This document shows positions 49,968-63,190 of a stretch of 64,000 nt of DNA, piece by piece. The position numbers and the translations under genes were made by a program. The first letter of the stretch is position 1. Each line of letters starts with the position of its first letter. A model generated the notes under the pieces. That model did no database searches. It had not been told where the DNA came from and saw only the letters and a program-made list of their open reading frames with translations. The stretch is from Amphiscolops sp. MND2022 (lineage: Eukaryota): positions 55,740,001 to 55,804,000 of the forward strand of contig OZ076409.1 in NCBI GenBank assembly GCA_964187785.1, read 5' to 3'.

Positions 49968-50516
49968 ATGTGGTTTAGTATCATTTCACGCCGCGCTCAT
50001 TTCACCCCATATCATTTCAACCCCTATTCATTTCACCCCACGTTCATTTCACCCCACATTTAAATTATCAAATGCGTCTCGGATTAATAACTATTGCATG
50101 GCAATTTCAATCTTAGAGCTAAAAGAAAAGCGTGTCTTATAAACCACAAAATCGGAACCGAATTGTCATACTTCTGAACAAGTTGCTGAAAAAATTTTTT
50201 CTATCAATCAAAATCTTCAAATATGAATGCTGCGAATCTTCTGCAAAAACTTTTCTATTACGTTTCATTAGTCACGTATGGCCAGAACCTGACAATCAAA
50301 TCAAAGCTAACTCAAAGACAGTAGGCATCAAAGTTTAGTCCTTAATTGGTTAATTAAGGCGAGACGCTTTTGTATAGTTACGCTATGGAGTGAAATGAAA
50401 GTCGGGTGAAATGAAAGTGAGTGAAATGAACTTGGGGTGAAATGAATGTGGGGTAAAATGAACGTCGAGTGAAATGACATGGGGCAAATGATTTTGGGGT
50501 GAAATGAACGCACACC
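49968..50516. mobile_element. MITE with arrays of short subterminal repeats (CATTTCACCCC / GGGGTGAAATG), possibly Kolobok-type
   Basis: About 5 CATTTCAC(C/G)CC copies on the left, about 8 inverted copies on the right, and TTAA after the right end. Confidence 0.55.
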
Positions 50517-51022
50517 TTAAAATGTCACATAGTAGTAGCATTTTTAAACATATGTTGAAATGGGCGTTGCTTTCAGAGCTCAGATATTAAATATGGTATT
50601 AACCTGTCGAGGAAGGCCAAACAATTCCCAATTCTTAGGCATAAAAAAACTGCCGTTTTAATAAACGTAGCAAAACGGCCGATTCTAATTGTAACAAAAC
50701 AGCCGATTTTGAAGCTTAACAACATGGCCGATTCTTGTGGCGTAACAAAAGGAACTGATCAGCTACGGAGACACACCTATTGTGCCTTCAGTGCAAGAGC
50801 GAGCGAAGCAGTGCGGCGTGCCATTATTGACTAGCTGCTGGGCTTGACGAAGGTAAAAACAAGCTCAGAACTGCAGGAAAACTGAATTTTTTTCTACGTT
50901 TGAAATTTTAATCAATTCACCAATCAGAAATGAAAATGAGAGCTGATTAACATTGTAAATGGTTGATAACGACGCTCAGCACAAAGAGGGACGAATTGTT
51001 TAATCATAAGAGTGTACCTCTA

Positions 51023-52526
51023 CCCTAGTTTTTCAGAATCACAAATTTTGCAAAATTCGTCCTAATTTCTTACAAATTATGCATTTCTTACAAGAATCTT
51101 ACGAGTTTGTACGAAAAACGCAAATTTTGCAAATTTGTTACAGTGTTGAACATTTCTTACAAGAATCTGATAACATTTTTGCAAAATTTGCATCTATTTG
51201 TAAGAAATTCTTACAAAAAATGCGATGTGTTACTTCGACCAAAAATTAGTTCAAGATTTTCTGGACCCATTTTGTGTCTTTTTTGAATAACACCTGAATA
51301 AGAAGTCTGTATCTATATCAGGGTAACATTAATGACCCGGGTAGCACCAAGGACGCTTTTTGGTACCGCGTTTCCTGAAGCCGCTTGAAAAAAGGACTTT
51401 GTGTTCAATTTTAGGGTAGATTTTCATAAATTTTAGATGAAAATGGTCCAAATTTGGAATATTGTCGGAAATTTTAGATGGAAATGGTCCAAATTTGGAA
51501 GATTGTCAGAAATTTTAGACGGAGATGGTCTAGATTCATATTTTTGTTGGAATAAGATCCAAAATCACCGTATTTTGGTGAAAAAACGTTTAAATTCACT
51601 ATTTTTGAGGAATAACGCGTTCCTGTTTCTGTTGGAAAAACCTTGTTTTCCGTTGGACCTCAAGTTTGATCCGACTTTAATATTGGTGTTTCTTTCGGTT
51701 CTCATGTTTCTTTGAGCGATTTTTACTGCAATTATTCGTTTATAGCGCAACTAGAGTGTACTGTTTCCTTTATTGACTAGCGCAGACTAAGAAATGGGTT
51801 TTTTGAGCTCTTGATTACATTTTTGGTGTATCGGAAAAATTGTTCCTTTTTCGTTATAACATTTTTTCAAGTTTTATCCATCTCACGGTTCTTTTTTCAC
51901 TGCAAATACCTTTCAGGAAGCCGTATGTAGCCCTGTCAGAGTTGACAACTTCTCAATTGGCCAGCGACGACTGAAGAATGGGACTTTATTACATAACTTT
52001 ATTTGATATTTTCAGTGTTTTTTTTTACATAATTTCAAGTGGTATTTTTAATTTTAATTTTCCTTTTTTGCAGCCGTTTTAGAGAAAAGGTTTGAGTGAG
52101 AAACAGTTTGAGGTTTGAGAAACAAAAATTATTCGATAGAATAGCGTCTAAAATCACCGTATTTTGGTAGAATAAGGTCTAAAAACACTATTGCACTAGA
52201 GTAACGTCTAAAATAACTTTTTTGAGAGAGATGGGATCATTTTGTTGCGAAAGGCTGAGGTTGAGAGTATGGAAATGGTATCATTCATCGCTCGAATGAA
52301 TTTTTCTGATTAATAGGTTAGGAGCGACTTTTTTTCCAGAATTTCCTTTGGTGGAACAATGCAAATTTTGTAAGAGTTTTGTAAGATTTATGCATTTTTT
52401 GTACCATTTTCAGCTGAAAATCGCAAATTTTGGAAGAATCTTGTAAGAGTTAGTGTCAAATAATGCATTTTCTTACAAGAGTTTTTGTAAGAATTTTGCA
52501 AAAGATGTGAATTTTTTCAACTAGGG
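51023..52526. mobile_element. Non-autonomous DNA transposon with TIRs and TA duplication
   Basis: TA|CCCTAGTT...AACTAGGG|TA, with inverted subterminal blocks (TTCTTACAAGAATCTT / GTAAGAATTTTGCAAAA). Confidence 0.65.
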
Positions 52527-53350
52527 TACTGTCGACCACCAATGTACCATCGATTACCAGCAATAGGAAAGGTATTTTAAAGGGCCGATTTCGTTTCCAG
52601 CGGTGGTCATTGGGAGTGTCAGTACTAGAGTCCCTAATTGTTAGCATCTTGGCCTATAAACTTAAATGTGCGTCGTAATAGACCATTGTTTTTGATTGTC
52701 ACTGTTTCTTCAAAAATCTGCTTCAAATTTATTGAGGTAGTTTGGCAAACTCTAGTCCTTGACTAAGAAATAACACGAACGTTGCAAACGAAAACTTTCA
52801 GTTTTTTATTTGTGAATTCTGCTAAGCATCCAAATGTGTCATTTCATGCACAACTGATAGGAAAACAATTTTCGGTTTTTGTTACCGTGTGAGAAATCAT
52901 TCAAAGTAAGAAGCAGTGTGCAATTTTGCAAGATTTTTCTTGAGAAACTTTCAGCATCAGTATCAAAAAACCTTTTTGATGTTCTTCTGCCAAAAGCTCG
53001 TGATTTAACAGATTTAGCAGAATGAAATGATTGCACTTCCATAACGATAATACCAAAGTCTTATATCAGATTTGTTTTGGTGTGGCAATTGACAGCCTTT
53101 CAATAGAAAAAGAGTCTTCGCCTTTGATTATTGCATTATATTGATATCGACTTTTTGCAGCAAAAAATTTTTAATAGTTGAATTTTATGCTCGTTTCACA
53201 TTTCAGCAGCTTTATTTAGCTGGGGAAAAAACGGTTTCCCTTTGTTTTGATTCATTCTATTTTCATGTTTTTTCAATTCATTAAACCTTCAAAATTGATG
53301 TTTCAGTCAAATAGAACTTCCCAACGTTCAAAAAATCGTAAATGACACAA

Positions 53351-56300
53351 ATGGCGGCCAATCAGAAAACGAAGGTAGCTGTGGCAGGAGGATGCGGTTT
53401 CATTGGATCTCATTTGGCTAAAAGGTATAAACAGTTTTTATATAAAAACCATATATTTTTTAACCAATTGCGCTTTTAAATGTCGTCTACGTTTCCTCAG
53501 AGTATGTACACATCATTTAGCTCCAATCAAATTTCCAAAATCAGTGTAATATCTCGCAGTGGAATGAATGCACTGATTGTCTTTGGAGTTTGTAAAAATT
53601 CCAGTCATTGCTAAATTCCAAACTTTGATTACTCCGGGTTGGGTGCTACAGAAAACATTGAGAATCTCATGAAAACTCACAGTATACTTACAAACTAATG
53701 GCTGACATCGCACTTGACGGCTCGTATTCACTGTTGAAGTATAACAAGAAGTGAACGTCTCCAACAGGGGCCCCGCTCAAACTCAAAAAGCGCAAAAATT
53801 GGAAAACACAGAGATATTAACTTTCCTCTCCTAATCAGCTCATGAAAAGCTTTGAAATTTTCTTTGGCGGTTCTAGTTGTTTTTAGTCAGCGCTTTCTGC
53901 GAGAAAAAAGCAAGAATCTTACAATCAGTCGCTCTTTTTTTCAGATGCCACCATTTCTATAAGATACAGTTTCTTTAGGGATCCTCTAGGGATTAGGAAT
54001 CCATCCTACAATGGAATTTTCAGTATTGCGAGATTTATGAAAGTTTCCTCATTAGTTGTACCTGTGCATTTACACGACTTTGCTTTTCATGAGCTTTGAG
54101 CGGGGTACCGACATGTGCCGTTCCTGCTTGTTTCATTTTAAATCATTACGTATTTCGCTGGGTAGGCAAACTGCACATATCGTAAAAAATACGAGAAGAT
54201 AAGCTTTAGAGTTTCTTATGTTCGCGTATTTTACGACATGGCAAAGTTTGGAGACGACAAAGTTCTGAAATCATGCAGCAGTTACCGAGGCAATTACCTC
54301 AAAAGTTCAACTTCAAGTTCAAATTATAGAAACTGTCGTAACGATAGAAGTCAACATTGAACGGTAGACATCGCTTGATATTTCAAATTTACGCATTTTG
54401 AAGTTTAATTTCATCTCTATAATTAATTTTTAATCCAGTGAACATGGAGGTTTTATGATCATTTACGTCAACATTGAAGACGAATAGATGGATGGACTTT
54501 AAAGATACTGATATTTAATTGTGCTATTTCAGTTTGAAAGAAGACGGTTTCCACGTAAAAGTGGCTGACTGGAAACCGAATGACTTTATGGAAGCTAGCG
54601 AATTTTGTGACGAAATGGAAATCTGTGACTTGAGACAACTCTCCAGCTGCTTGAAGGTAAGTTCGTCACTACTTTTCACACCAATAGTATTTACATTGAT
54701 CCTGCGAAACCAGTTTGTGCAGTAAAAAAATTTTGCAAGCTTTTTCACTGCGAGTTTGTTAAAAAATATATCATAAACAAAGGCTTCCATAAAGCAGGCC
54801 AGCGTCTGCTTTCGGACTCTAGCAAACCATGAAACCACTTCCTTTGGTTTAGAGACACAAATGTGGAAATTAAGGTAGCTTTTAATGTTATATTAAACTG
54901 TTGTCTTTAATGTTAAATTGTAGTGATTTAGGTCATTTGACTTTAACCTTAACTCAGATATTAGGACGAATGTCGAACCTTTGAGAGGAACGAAAGATTG
55001 TTGTAAATATGTATTCAACTACCTGTTAACATCATATTCACAATTCTGGCATCAGAAAAGATTCGCAGTTAGTTCCCTTCAAAAGATACAGTCGTCAAAA
55101 TACATTTCTTCGAAAATAATCTGTTTTAACTATAACATGGCGCTGCGAGCTCTGGATCTTTAGAGACATCAAAAGATGTATTTCACAGCAAACTTTATGT
55201 CAGATTTTCCAGCATTAACGTAGAAGTCTACCTCAATATAATTTTTAGTAGCTGATAAAAATGTATTTTTTATTAACTATTCGGGTTACTAGTTTTTACT
55301 TCGAAAAACTGAAATTGTTGATTTTACTGTTGTCGAAAGAGTTAACTTTTTTCAGTTAGTAGAGGGATGCACTTACGTTTACAACTTGGCGGCTGACATG
55401 GGCGGAATGGGTTTCATTCAGAGCAACGAAAGCGTCATCTTCTACAACAACGCAATGATCTCCTTCAACATGCTGGAGGCAGGCCGCAGAAGTGGCGTCA
55501 AAAAGTACTTCTATGCCTCCTCTGCATGTGCATACAGTGAAGACAAGCAGGTGAAATTTCTCTCACAGTTGTAATCAATTAATTCATTGATCGGTATCTT
55601 ACCGAGAAAGTTACTGCTCCTCCTTCCCAAAATCAATTACTTCGAGTGTTGTTGATCGACTTCATGTTGTCTTTTTCAGTTAAAGTGCTTATTCTTTTTG
55701 CTATCGCTGGTCGAATCTGCTGGAAGTTTCCACATGGTGTAGGCCTGCATACAGTGTAGTTTTTAGGAGTCGGAAAAAATTTTCGACTACTTATGCAATC
55801 GTGCTGTTTTTTTTTTGTTTTTTCTCCCGACTTTTTCATGAAAATTTCAAATTTCTCAAAAACTGTCCATACGATTTTCACGAAATTTTGCACAGTCATT
55901 CTACACCCAAAGGGGCCCCTGCGTGTGCAGAGGCATCAAAATCGTATGGCCTGGATGTGAGAAACATAGCCAAAATTAGCCCAAAAATGGCCAAAAACAG
56001 CCATTTTTCGACTTTTTTCGATTTTCTCAAAAACTGTCCATACGATTCGAATGAAATTTTCTACAGTTATTCTACACCATATTAGAGTCCTATATGTGCA
56101 GTGGCATCGAAATCGTATGGCTGGGATGTGAGAAACATAGCCAAAATTAGCCCAAAAATGGCCAAAAAACAGTCATTTTTCGATTTTTTTTCGATTTTCT
56201 CAAAAAACTGTCCATACGATTCGAACGAAATTTTCTACAGTTATTCTACACCATATTAGAGTCCTATATGTGCAATGGCATCAAAATCGTATGGCTGGGA

Positions 56301-59300
56301 TGTGAGAAACATAGCCAAAATTAGCCCAAAAATGGCCAAAAACAGCCATTTTTCGACTTTTTTCGATTTTCTCAAAAACTGTCCATACGATTCGAATGAA
56401 ATTTTCTACAGTTATTCTACACCATATTAGAGTCCTATATGTGCAGTGGCATCGAAATCGTATGGCTGGGATGTGAGAAACATAGCCAAAATTAGCCCAA
56501 AAATGGCCAAAAAACAGTCATTTTTCGATTTTTTTTTCGATTTTCTCAAAAAACTGTCCATACGATTCGAACGAAATTTTCTACAGTCATTCTGCACCAT
56601 ATTATGGTCCTTTATGTGCAATTTCATTAAATTCGTATTGCTGAGATGTGAGAAACATAGCCAAATTTAGCCCAAAAATGGCCAAAAAACAGTCATTTTT
56701 CGATTTTTCACAAACTGTTCATACGATTCGAACGAAAGCGAGTCAGAAGGAAAAAGACTTAAGCCGACTCCTTTACCGCATATGCGGCTCTGGTTAAGAG
56801 TCGGAAAAAATGTTTCGACTACTTATGCAATCGTGTCGTTTTTTTTCTCCCGACCTTTTAAGAAAAATTTCAACTTTCCCAAAAACTGTCCATACGATTT
56901 TTATAAAATTTTGCACAGCCATTCTACACCCCAAGGGGCACCTGCGTGTGCAATGGCATCAAAATCGTATGACTGGAATGTGAGAAACATGGCCAAAATT
57001 ATCCCAAAATGGCCAAAAAACTCGATTTTTTTCGATTTTCTGAAAAACTCTCCATAAGATTCGAACGAAATTTTCTACAGTCATTCTACACCATGATATG
57101 GTCCTATGTGTGCAATTTTAATAATTTCGTATGACTGGGATTCGAGCGAGTCAGGAGAAAAAGAACAGAGTCCACTCCTTTACCGCATATACGGCTCTGG
57201 TTTATAGGTTTTTAAACCTAGTAAATTCAGTGAGCTTCCAGTGGTAAAACATGTAGAATTACACTGCAGTTTCCACTATTGAGATTGAAATCTAAAACAT
57301 TTCCTACTTCATTACCTACACGGTCTCAGTGTTTTTACAATTTCATTTTACAACTACATCATCTGATGAAATCACCGGTTATCAAACAGCACGCTGAAGA
57401 TGACGCTAGTTTGTTGTTTACTTTGTGAACAAAGTCAACTCGCATTAAAATAAACTCGCAGTGAAAATTAAAACACCTTGAGTCTTGTAAAAAAAGAACA
57501 GCTTCTTTAAAAACCTGCAAAATATCAAGGCTTATAACTGCCACAAAGTTTAGTAACATAGTCAAGATTGCTTGAACGTTCTACATGCTGCATGGAAACA
57601 TGGAGGCAATTTTTTAATCAAAAGATGAAAATTCAGGAAGCAAGCAAGGAAACAATTTGTAAAACTTCTAAGCAAATTGTAAAATATTTAAAGTACATCT
57701 ATGCATGTTGAAAAAGTTTCAAGCAGGTTACTGAATTTTTTAAAAATTAGGAAGCAAGAAAACGAAGGCTCCGACCTATCTTAAACATGCACTTGGAAAA
57801 CTTTATCAAATGCTTTCTCTTCATCTTGAAACAGTGTACTTCGTCAAAACAATGAATCCAATGGTAAAAAATCAAATCAACCAGTACAAAAAGAGACAGT
57901 TGAACACAAAAAAGACAGTTCAGAAGCCTTCAAAGCTTTTATCACATCATACGAAGTTACTAGGCCAGAAATAGATCGTAGCTTCAGAATTCTGCAAAAA
58001 CGAAACCAATTTTTATTCTGCAGACGTCGTCTAAAACTGGGTCCGCGTCTGAAGCACTCCAACTGCAAGGACGGTGAGACTAGAAAACTATCACAGTTGG
58101 AGAGTCCGAAACAAAACATTTCCTCAAACTTTGAGTCTTTGATACAAAGCCATACAGAAAGCAAGGTTTTCAAACGATTCAAAAGCAAGGGTTCAGGATA
58201 GAATGCCAAACTAGTCCCCAACTTTTTTAAGTCATTATTACAATCACTAAATTGAAAAAAATGTTTCGATAACGACGAAAACATGTTCGAACGTTTCAAA
58301 AAAGACTCCTATGATATTTGCTCTGGAAGATTTCAAAAACAACTTCGAATATTCCATGTGAAAACGCAAAAATGTAAGACATTAACCAAAGAGTTCTCGG
58401 GCTCAAAAACCAGTTTCCACTTTTCAAACGACTAAACGGACTCTAAAAGTTTGAAAAGTTGACGATTCACATGGAATTGGAATCGAAATGCTCACAAAGG
58501 CCTATAATAACATTGTTTCCAGTATTTCAATATATTTGTTAAGAACTTTGTGGCTGAATATGTTTCAAAAGTTTGAAATACCAACCAATCCAAACCGAAT
58601 ATTATAATATTCCGTTCTTAAAATAAATCCCTGAAAAAGCCGTAAAAAACTTCAAATGGAAAATGTTTTTTTTTCCAAACCCGAAAATTGATAATGATTT
58701 GGTTGTTCAAAAGTTTGCAAGCTGAAACAAACTTTCCCACAAAAACGTCCAGTTGTACGAATTTTTCTGCCACTCTAGCATTCGTTGACTATTTGTTTAC
58801 GTCCTGTAGCGTCTTTGATAAAAAAATTGAGGTTTTGCCCGCGAAAACTGCAAAATGTTGCTGGTGATTCCTCTTTAATTTCCTCGATAAGTATCTGAAA
58901 AATTAGGTGACGCAGCATGGAAATTTTGAACATTAAAATTTCTCTAAGCAGCTCCCGGAAACCTAATGATTTTGTCTTGCAAACATTAAAATAATGTAAA
59001 AATTTCGAGCACATTCAACTTGGAATGCTTCTTTCAAGCAGCTTGATAAAAGCCTAATAGAACAGGGAAATAATTTTGCCTGAACGTTTTTCCAATTGAG
59101 ATTGAGTAAGCGACTGTTATAGTGGCTTTTCATCGTTTTTTTGTCAATCCTGTCGATTTGACCAAAATGGGTCTTCGAAGTTCTACTGATAGTTGACGCT
59201 ATGGGTTTAGCGCTGGTTTTCTATACCATAGGCTCAAGGTTTGATATCAGGGACAATTTTTTGAGTTTTTTGAAAATTTTTTGCTTTACAAAAATGTCTT

Positions 59301-62300
59301 ATATGGAACCTTTGATATTATTAGTCAGCGTTTTCCAAGCCTAAAGTTTCCCAACTCGTTGTTTTTAGCACGGCGAGTGTTTTCAATTTTTCGGAAATTC
59401 TTGCAGGTTGAGCGCGGATTTCAAAAAAATACTTTTCCATGATGAGAAAATGCCATAAATTATTTCAAAACTTTTTAGAACCTGTAAAGGTTTTTATTGA
59501 GCCAGAAAAAAATAATTCCAATATTTGAGAACCGAACTTGTCTTCGCAGGTTGTTTCTCAAAACGGAAGTTATCCTCTTAAATTTATAAGCATGGGACCC
59601 GGACACAGAGTAGTCTAAATTCAGCGTTACTCTACTAAAAAGTTTCGCATAAACGTTCGATGTTTTTGTAGGTGAAGCCATCGAAGTTTGGTCCAGTATG
59701 CAATCCATGCATGCAGTTAAGCAAGCAGAATTTTTGATCCATTATTCAAATTTTTTAACAAATGTTTTTATTCTTTTCTTCAAAAAAAATTCTGTTGAGA
59801 GTCAAAAAAGATGAAAAATTGATGGCAAAAACTTCGTATGAGAGAACTAGCCTTAAGCGGTGCGTCGACTGATGCCGTTCCCAGCTTGTTAGTCCTTTTT
59901 ACTATTTTCTCAATTAAACATTTGGACATAAAAGAGTATAATTTACATTTTCCAATACTTTCTCGCACAAACTTTTCTTTTTTTTGACAGCACAAGGATT
60001 ATGCAAATAGCCATCGATTTGACAACATATTTCCAAAATTTTTCAAAATCGTGGCGGTAGGTTTGTTGTAAGTTGCAACAATCTTTTGGCTGCACTAATT
60101 TCCCAACTCTAAGTTAAAACAATCATATTGAATTTCAATATGCTAAAGTAACATGATTTTTATCCAATAATTGTTGTTGGCATTTTGAAATCCAATTTGA
60201 GCACTGCAAGAAGGTGCTGCAACTACCAGTAAATTGACTCTCGCCTCGAGGTTTCTAAAGCACGCCTCCTGTTGGCTTCATTATAATGAACATACATATA
60301 CATGTAAGCATAATTTGTTTGCGTTTTTAGGAGTCGGAAAAAATTTTCGACTACTTATGCAATCGTGTTGTTTTTTTAAGGCGACGAGCGAAGCGAGGGG
60401 CCTTATTGTTGGCGTTTAGTTTTTTTTTTCGCCAAAACGTGACATCCCTCTGCATTTGTAAAAGTTTCGGCTATTTTTCTCCAAGCCTATTTCTCCGAGA
60501 CAATTCAAAATTTCAAAAACAGAATCGCAAGTGAATGCCCTTTCTGGCCATGTAAGAAGGTTCGGAAAATTTTCCGCCTCGGCGATTATATTAGCTTCGA
60601 AAACATGATTTTTGCGAAAATTTTTAGGGTTTTTTACGATTTTGCGTAATTTTTCCACTTGAACCATATCGAACCGTCTCAAAATGGGTACCAACTGACG
60701 CAAGAGGATGTCTTTTTTAAGGTCGTGAAAGTTTCATTTCTTTACAATTATTGGGCGTTGAGAAAATGGCGAATAAAAATTGGGAATTTTTGGGGGTTTT
60801 TTTTCGAAAAAATTTTATAATGTAGATTTTGCTCAATTTTACTACTTAAACGAATCGAACCGGCTCATCATTAGTACCGACTGACGCACGAGGATGTCTT
60901 CTCTAAGCTCATGAAATTTTCATTATCCTACGATCATTGGTCGTTGAGAAAATGGCGAATAAAAAAATTGGAAAAATTTTGGGGTTTTTTGCGAAAAAAT
61001 TTTATAATGTAGATTTTGCTCAATTTTACTACTTAAACGAATCGAACCGGCTCATCATTAGTACCGACTGACGCAAGAGGATGTCTTCTCTAAGCTCATG
61101 AAATTTCGTTATCCTACGATCATTGGTCGTTGAGAAAATAGCGAATGTAAATTGGAAAAGTTTTTGGGTTGTTAGCGAAAAAATTTTCTAAATGTAGATT
61201 TGGCTCAATTTTACTACTTAAACGACACCGAACCGGCTTATAATTAGCTCCGACCGACGCAAGAAGATGTCTTCTCTAACCTCATGAAAGTTTCATTATC
61301 CTACGATCAATGGTCGTTGAGAAAATGGCGAATAAAAATCGCAACATTTTTGGGTTTTCCGAAAAAATTTTCGAAATGTAGATATTGCTCAATTTTTCTA
61401 CTTAAACAACATCGAACCGACTCATAATTAGCAACGACCGACGCAAGAGGAGGATGTCTTCTCTAATCTCATGAAAGTTTCATTATCCTATGATCATTGG
61501 TCGTTGAGAAAATGGTGAATAAAAATCGAAAATTTTATGAATTTTTTGCGACAAAAATCTGTTTTTTTTTTGCGAAAAAAGTATTTTGATGTACCCCATG
61601 CAATTGGGATGCTTGGGCGCACTTTCGTAGAACCCATTACTCCTGGGCTCTCTCAAAGAGGTCGTCTGCTCGGAGCCGTCGCGCAATGGCAGTTGCGCCT
61701 ATGTTTTTTATTTTTTTTCTCCCGACCTTTTCATGAAAATTTCAAATTTCTCAAAAACTGTCCAAACGATTTTTATAAAATTTCGCACAGTCATTCTACA
61801 CCCAACGGGGCCCATGCGTGCGCAATGGCATCAAAATCGTATGACTGGGTTGTGAGAAACATAGCCAAAATTAGCCCAAAAATGGCCGAAAAACAGCCAT
61901 TTTTCGACTTTTTTCGATTTTCTCAAAAACTGTCCATACGATTCGAACGAAATTTTCTACAGTTATTCTACACCATATTAGAGTCCTATATGTGCAATGG
62001 CATCAAAATCGTATGGCTGGGATGTGAGAAACATAGCCAAATTTAGCCCAAAAATGGCCAAAAAAAAACAGTCATTTTTCGATTTTTTTTCGATTTTCTC
62101 AAAAACTGTCCATACGATTCGAACGAAACTTTCTACAGTTATTCTACACCATATTAGAGTCCTATATGTGCAATGGCATCAAAATCGTATGGCTGGGATG
62201 TGAGAAACATAGCCAAAACTAGCCCAAAAGTGGTCAAAAAAGGGCCATTTTTCGACTTCAGAAGGAAAAAGACCTAAGCCGACTCCTTTACCGCACATGC

Positions 62301-63190
62301 GGCTCTGGTTTAATGTATTTTTATTTTCAGTTGGATCCTCAGAACCCGGGGTTGAAGGAAGGAGATGCTTGGCCCGCCCACCCCCAAGATACGTACGGCC
62401 TGGAGAAGCTGTGCAGTGAAGAACTGGGCCTGGCTTATAAACGAGACTTCGGCTTTGACTTCCGCTCAGCCCGATTCCACAATGTCTACGGCCCCAGAGG
62501 CTGTTGGAATGGGGGCCGCGAAAAGGCGCCCGCTGCCTTCTGCCGAAAAGCAGTTTGTTCTGATGTCGATTTCGAAATGTGGGGAGACGGTAGGTAAACC
62601 GAAGGAGCTATTGCGATGAAAAGCCTATATTTCCTTTTCGAAATTTAAATCTATAAAATCAGTAGTTTTCATTTTCTGAGGAGACAATATCGAATGTTTT
62701 CTAAGCAATCAATTATCCAACTGGACTTAGCTTTATTTGATATCTGTCACTGAATATTGTTTTTTTTCCAGGTGAGCAAACCAGAAGCTTCGTTTACATC
62801 GACGACATAGTAGAGGGTGTAAAAAGGATAATGGACGCCCCTTCTCTGGACGTAGTTCTAAACTTGGGCTCAACTGAGATGATCAGCATGAACAATTTTG
62901 CCAAAATGTGCCTGGAATTTGCGGGAAAACCGGGCTTGCCAATCAGACACGTGCCTGGACCCGAAGGAGTCAGAGGGAGGAACAGCGACAACACATTGAT
63001 TAAGGAAAAATTGGGCTGGGAGCCCAGCACTCCCTTGAAAACAGGAATGAAAAAGTTGTTCGACTATGTCAAACAGGCGATGGAAGCTGAAGTTCTTGCT
63101 GGCAAAGTTAAAGACCTGTCTGAATACAAAGTGTCGAAGATTGTCCAGCAAACAACCGATAGTCTCGATGCCATGGTACCTTCTAACTAA
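53351..63190 (+). CDS. GME: GDP-mannose 3,5-epimerase, 356 aa; exons 53351-53424, 54533-54656, 55356-55550, 62331-62589, 62772-63190
   Basis: All four introns are GT..AG and phase-compatible (1071 nt CDS). Motifs GGCGFIGSH, DWK, NLAADMGGMGFIQSN, YASSAC (catalytic Cys), PQDTYGLEK (YxxxK), FHNVYGP, GGREKAPAAFCRK (catalytic Lys), WGDGEQTRSF and GPEGVRGRNSDN match plant GME as I recall it. Confidence 0.93.
55765..56793 (+). mobile_element. Helentron-like family B element with internal 171-175 bp tandem repeats, in GME intron 3
   Basis: AGGAGTCGG start, subterminal inverted CCGACTCCT, hairpin CCGCATATGCGG, T-rich flanks. Repeat units start at 55934, 56105, 56279, 56450 and 56625. Confidence 0.7.
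56796..57200 (+). mobile_element. Second family B copy, head-to-tail with the first
   Basis: AAGAGTCGGAAAAAATG..ACTTATGCAATCGTG start and ACTCCTTTACCGCATATACGGCTCTGG end. Confidence 0.65.
60329..62308 (+). mobile_element. Third family B copy, interrupted by a nested element
   Basis: Start AGGAGTCGGAAAAATTTTCGACTACTTATGCAATCGTG at 60329, resumes at ~61704 and ends CCGACTCCTTTACCGCACATGCGGCTCTGG. Confidence 0.7.
60378..61703 (+). mobile_element. Nested Helentron-like element (family C) with about five 184-187 bp tandem repeats
   Basis: Inserted in a T-run of family B. GACGCA(A/C)GA(G/A)GATG repeat anchors at 60697, 60883, 61070, 61256 and 61440. 3' hairpin GCGCAA-TGGCAG-TTGCGC. Confidence 0.6.

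Noticed and set aside
55900..62260. Regular repeats as a CRISPR array, or the ORFs within them as genes
   Set aside because: Units are contiguous tandem repeats without unique spacers, there are no cas genes, and they lie in a eukaryotic intron. The ORFs are repeat translations.
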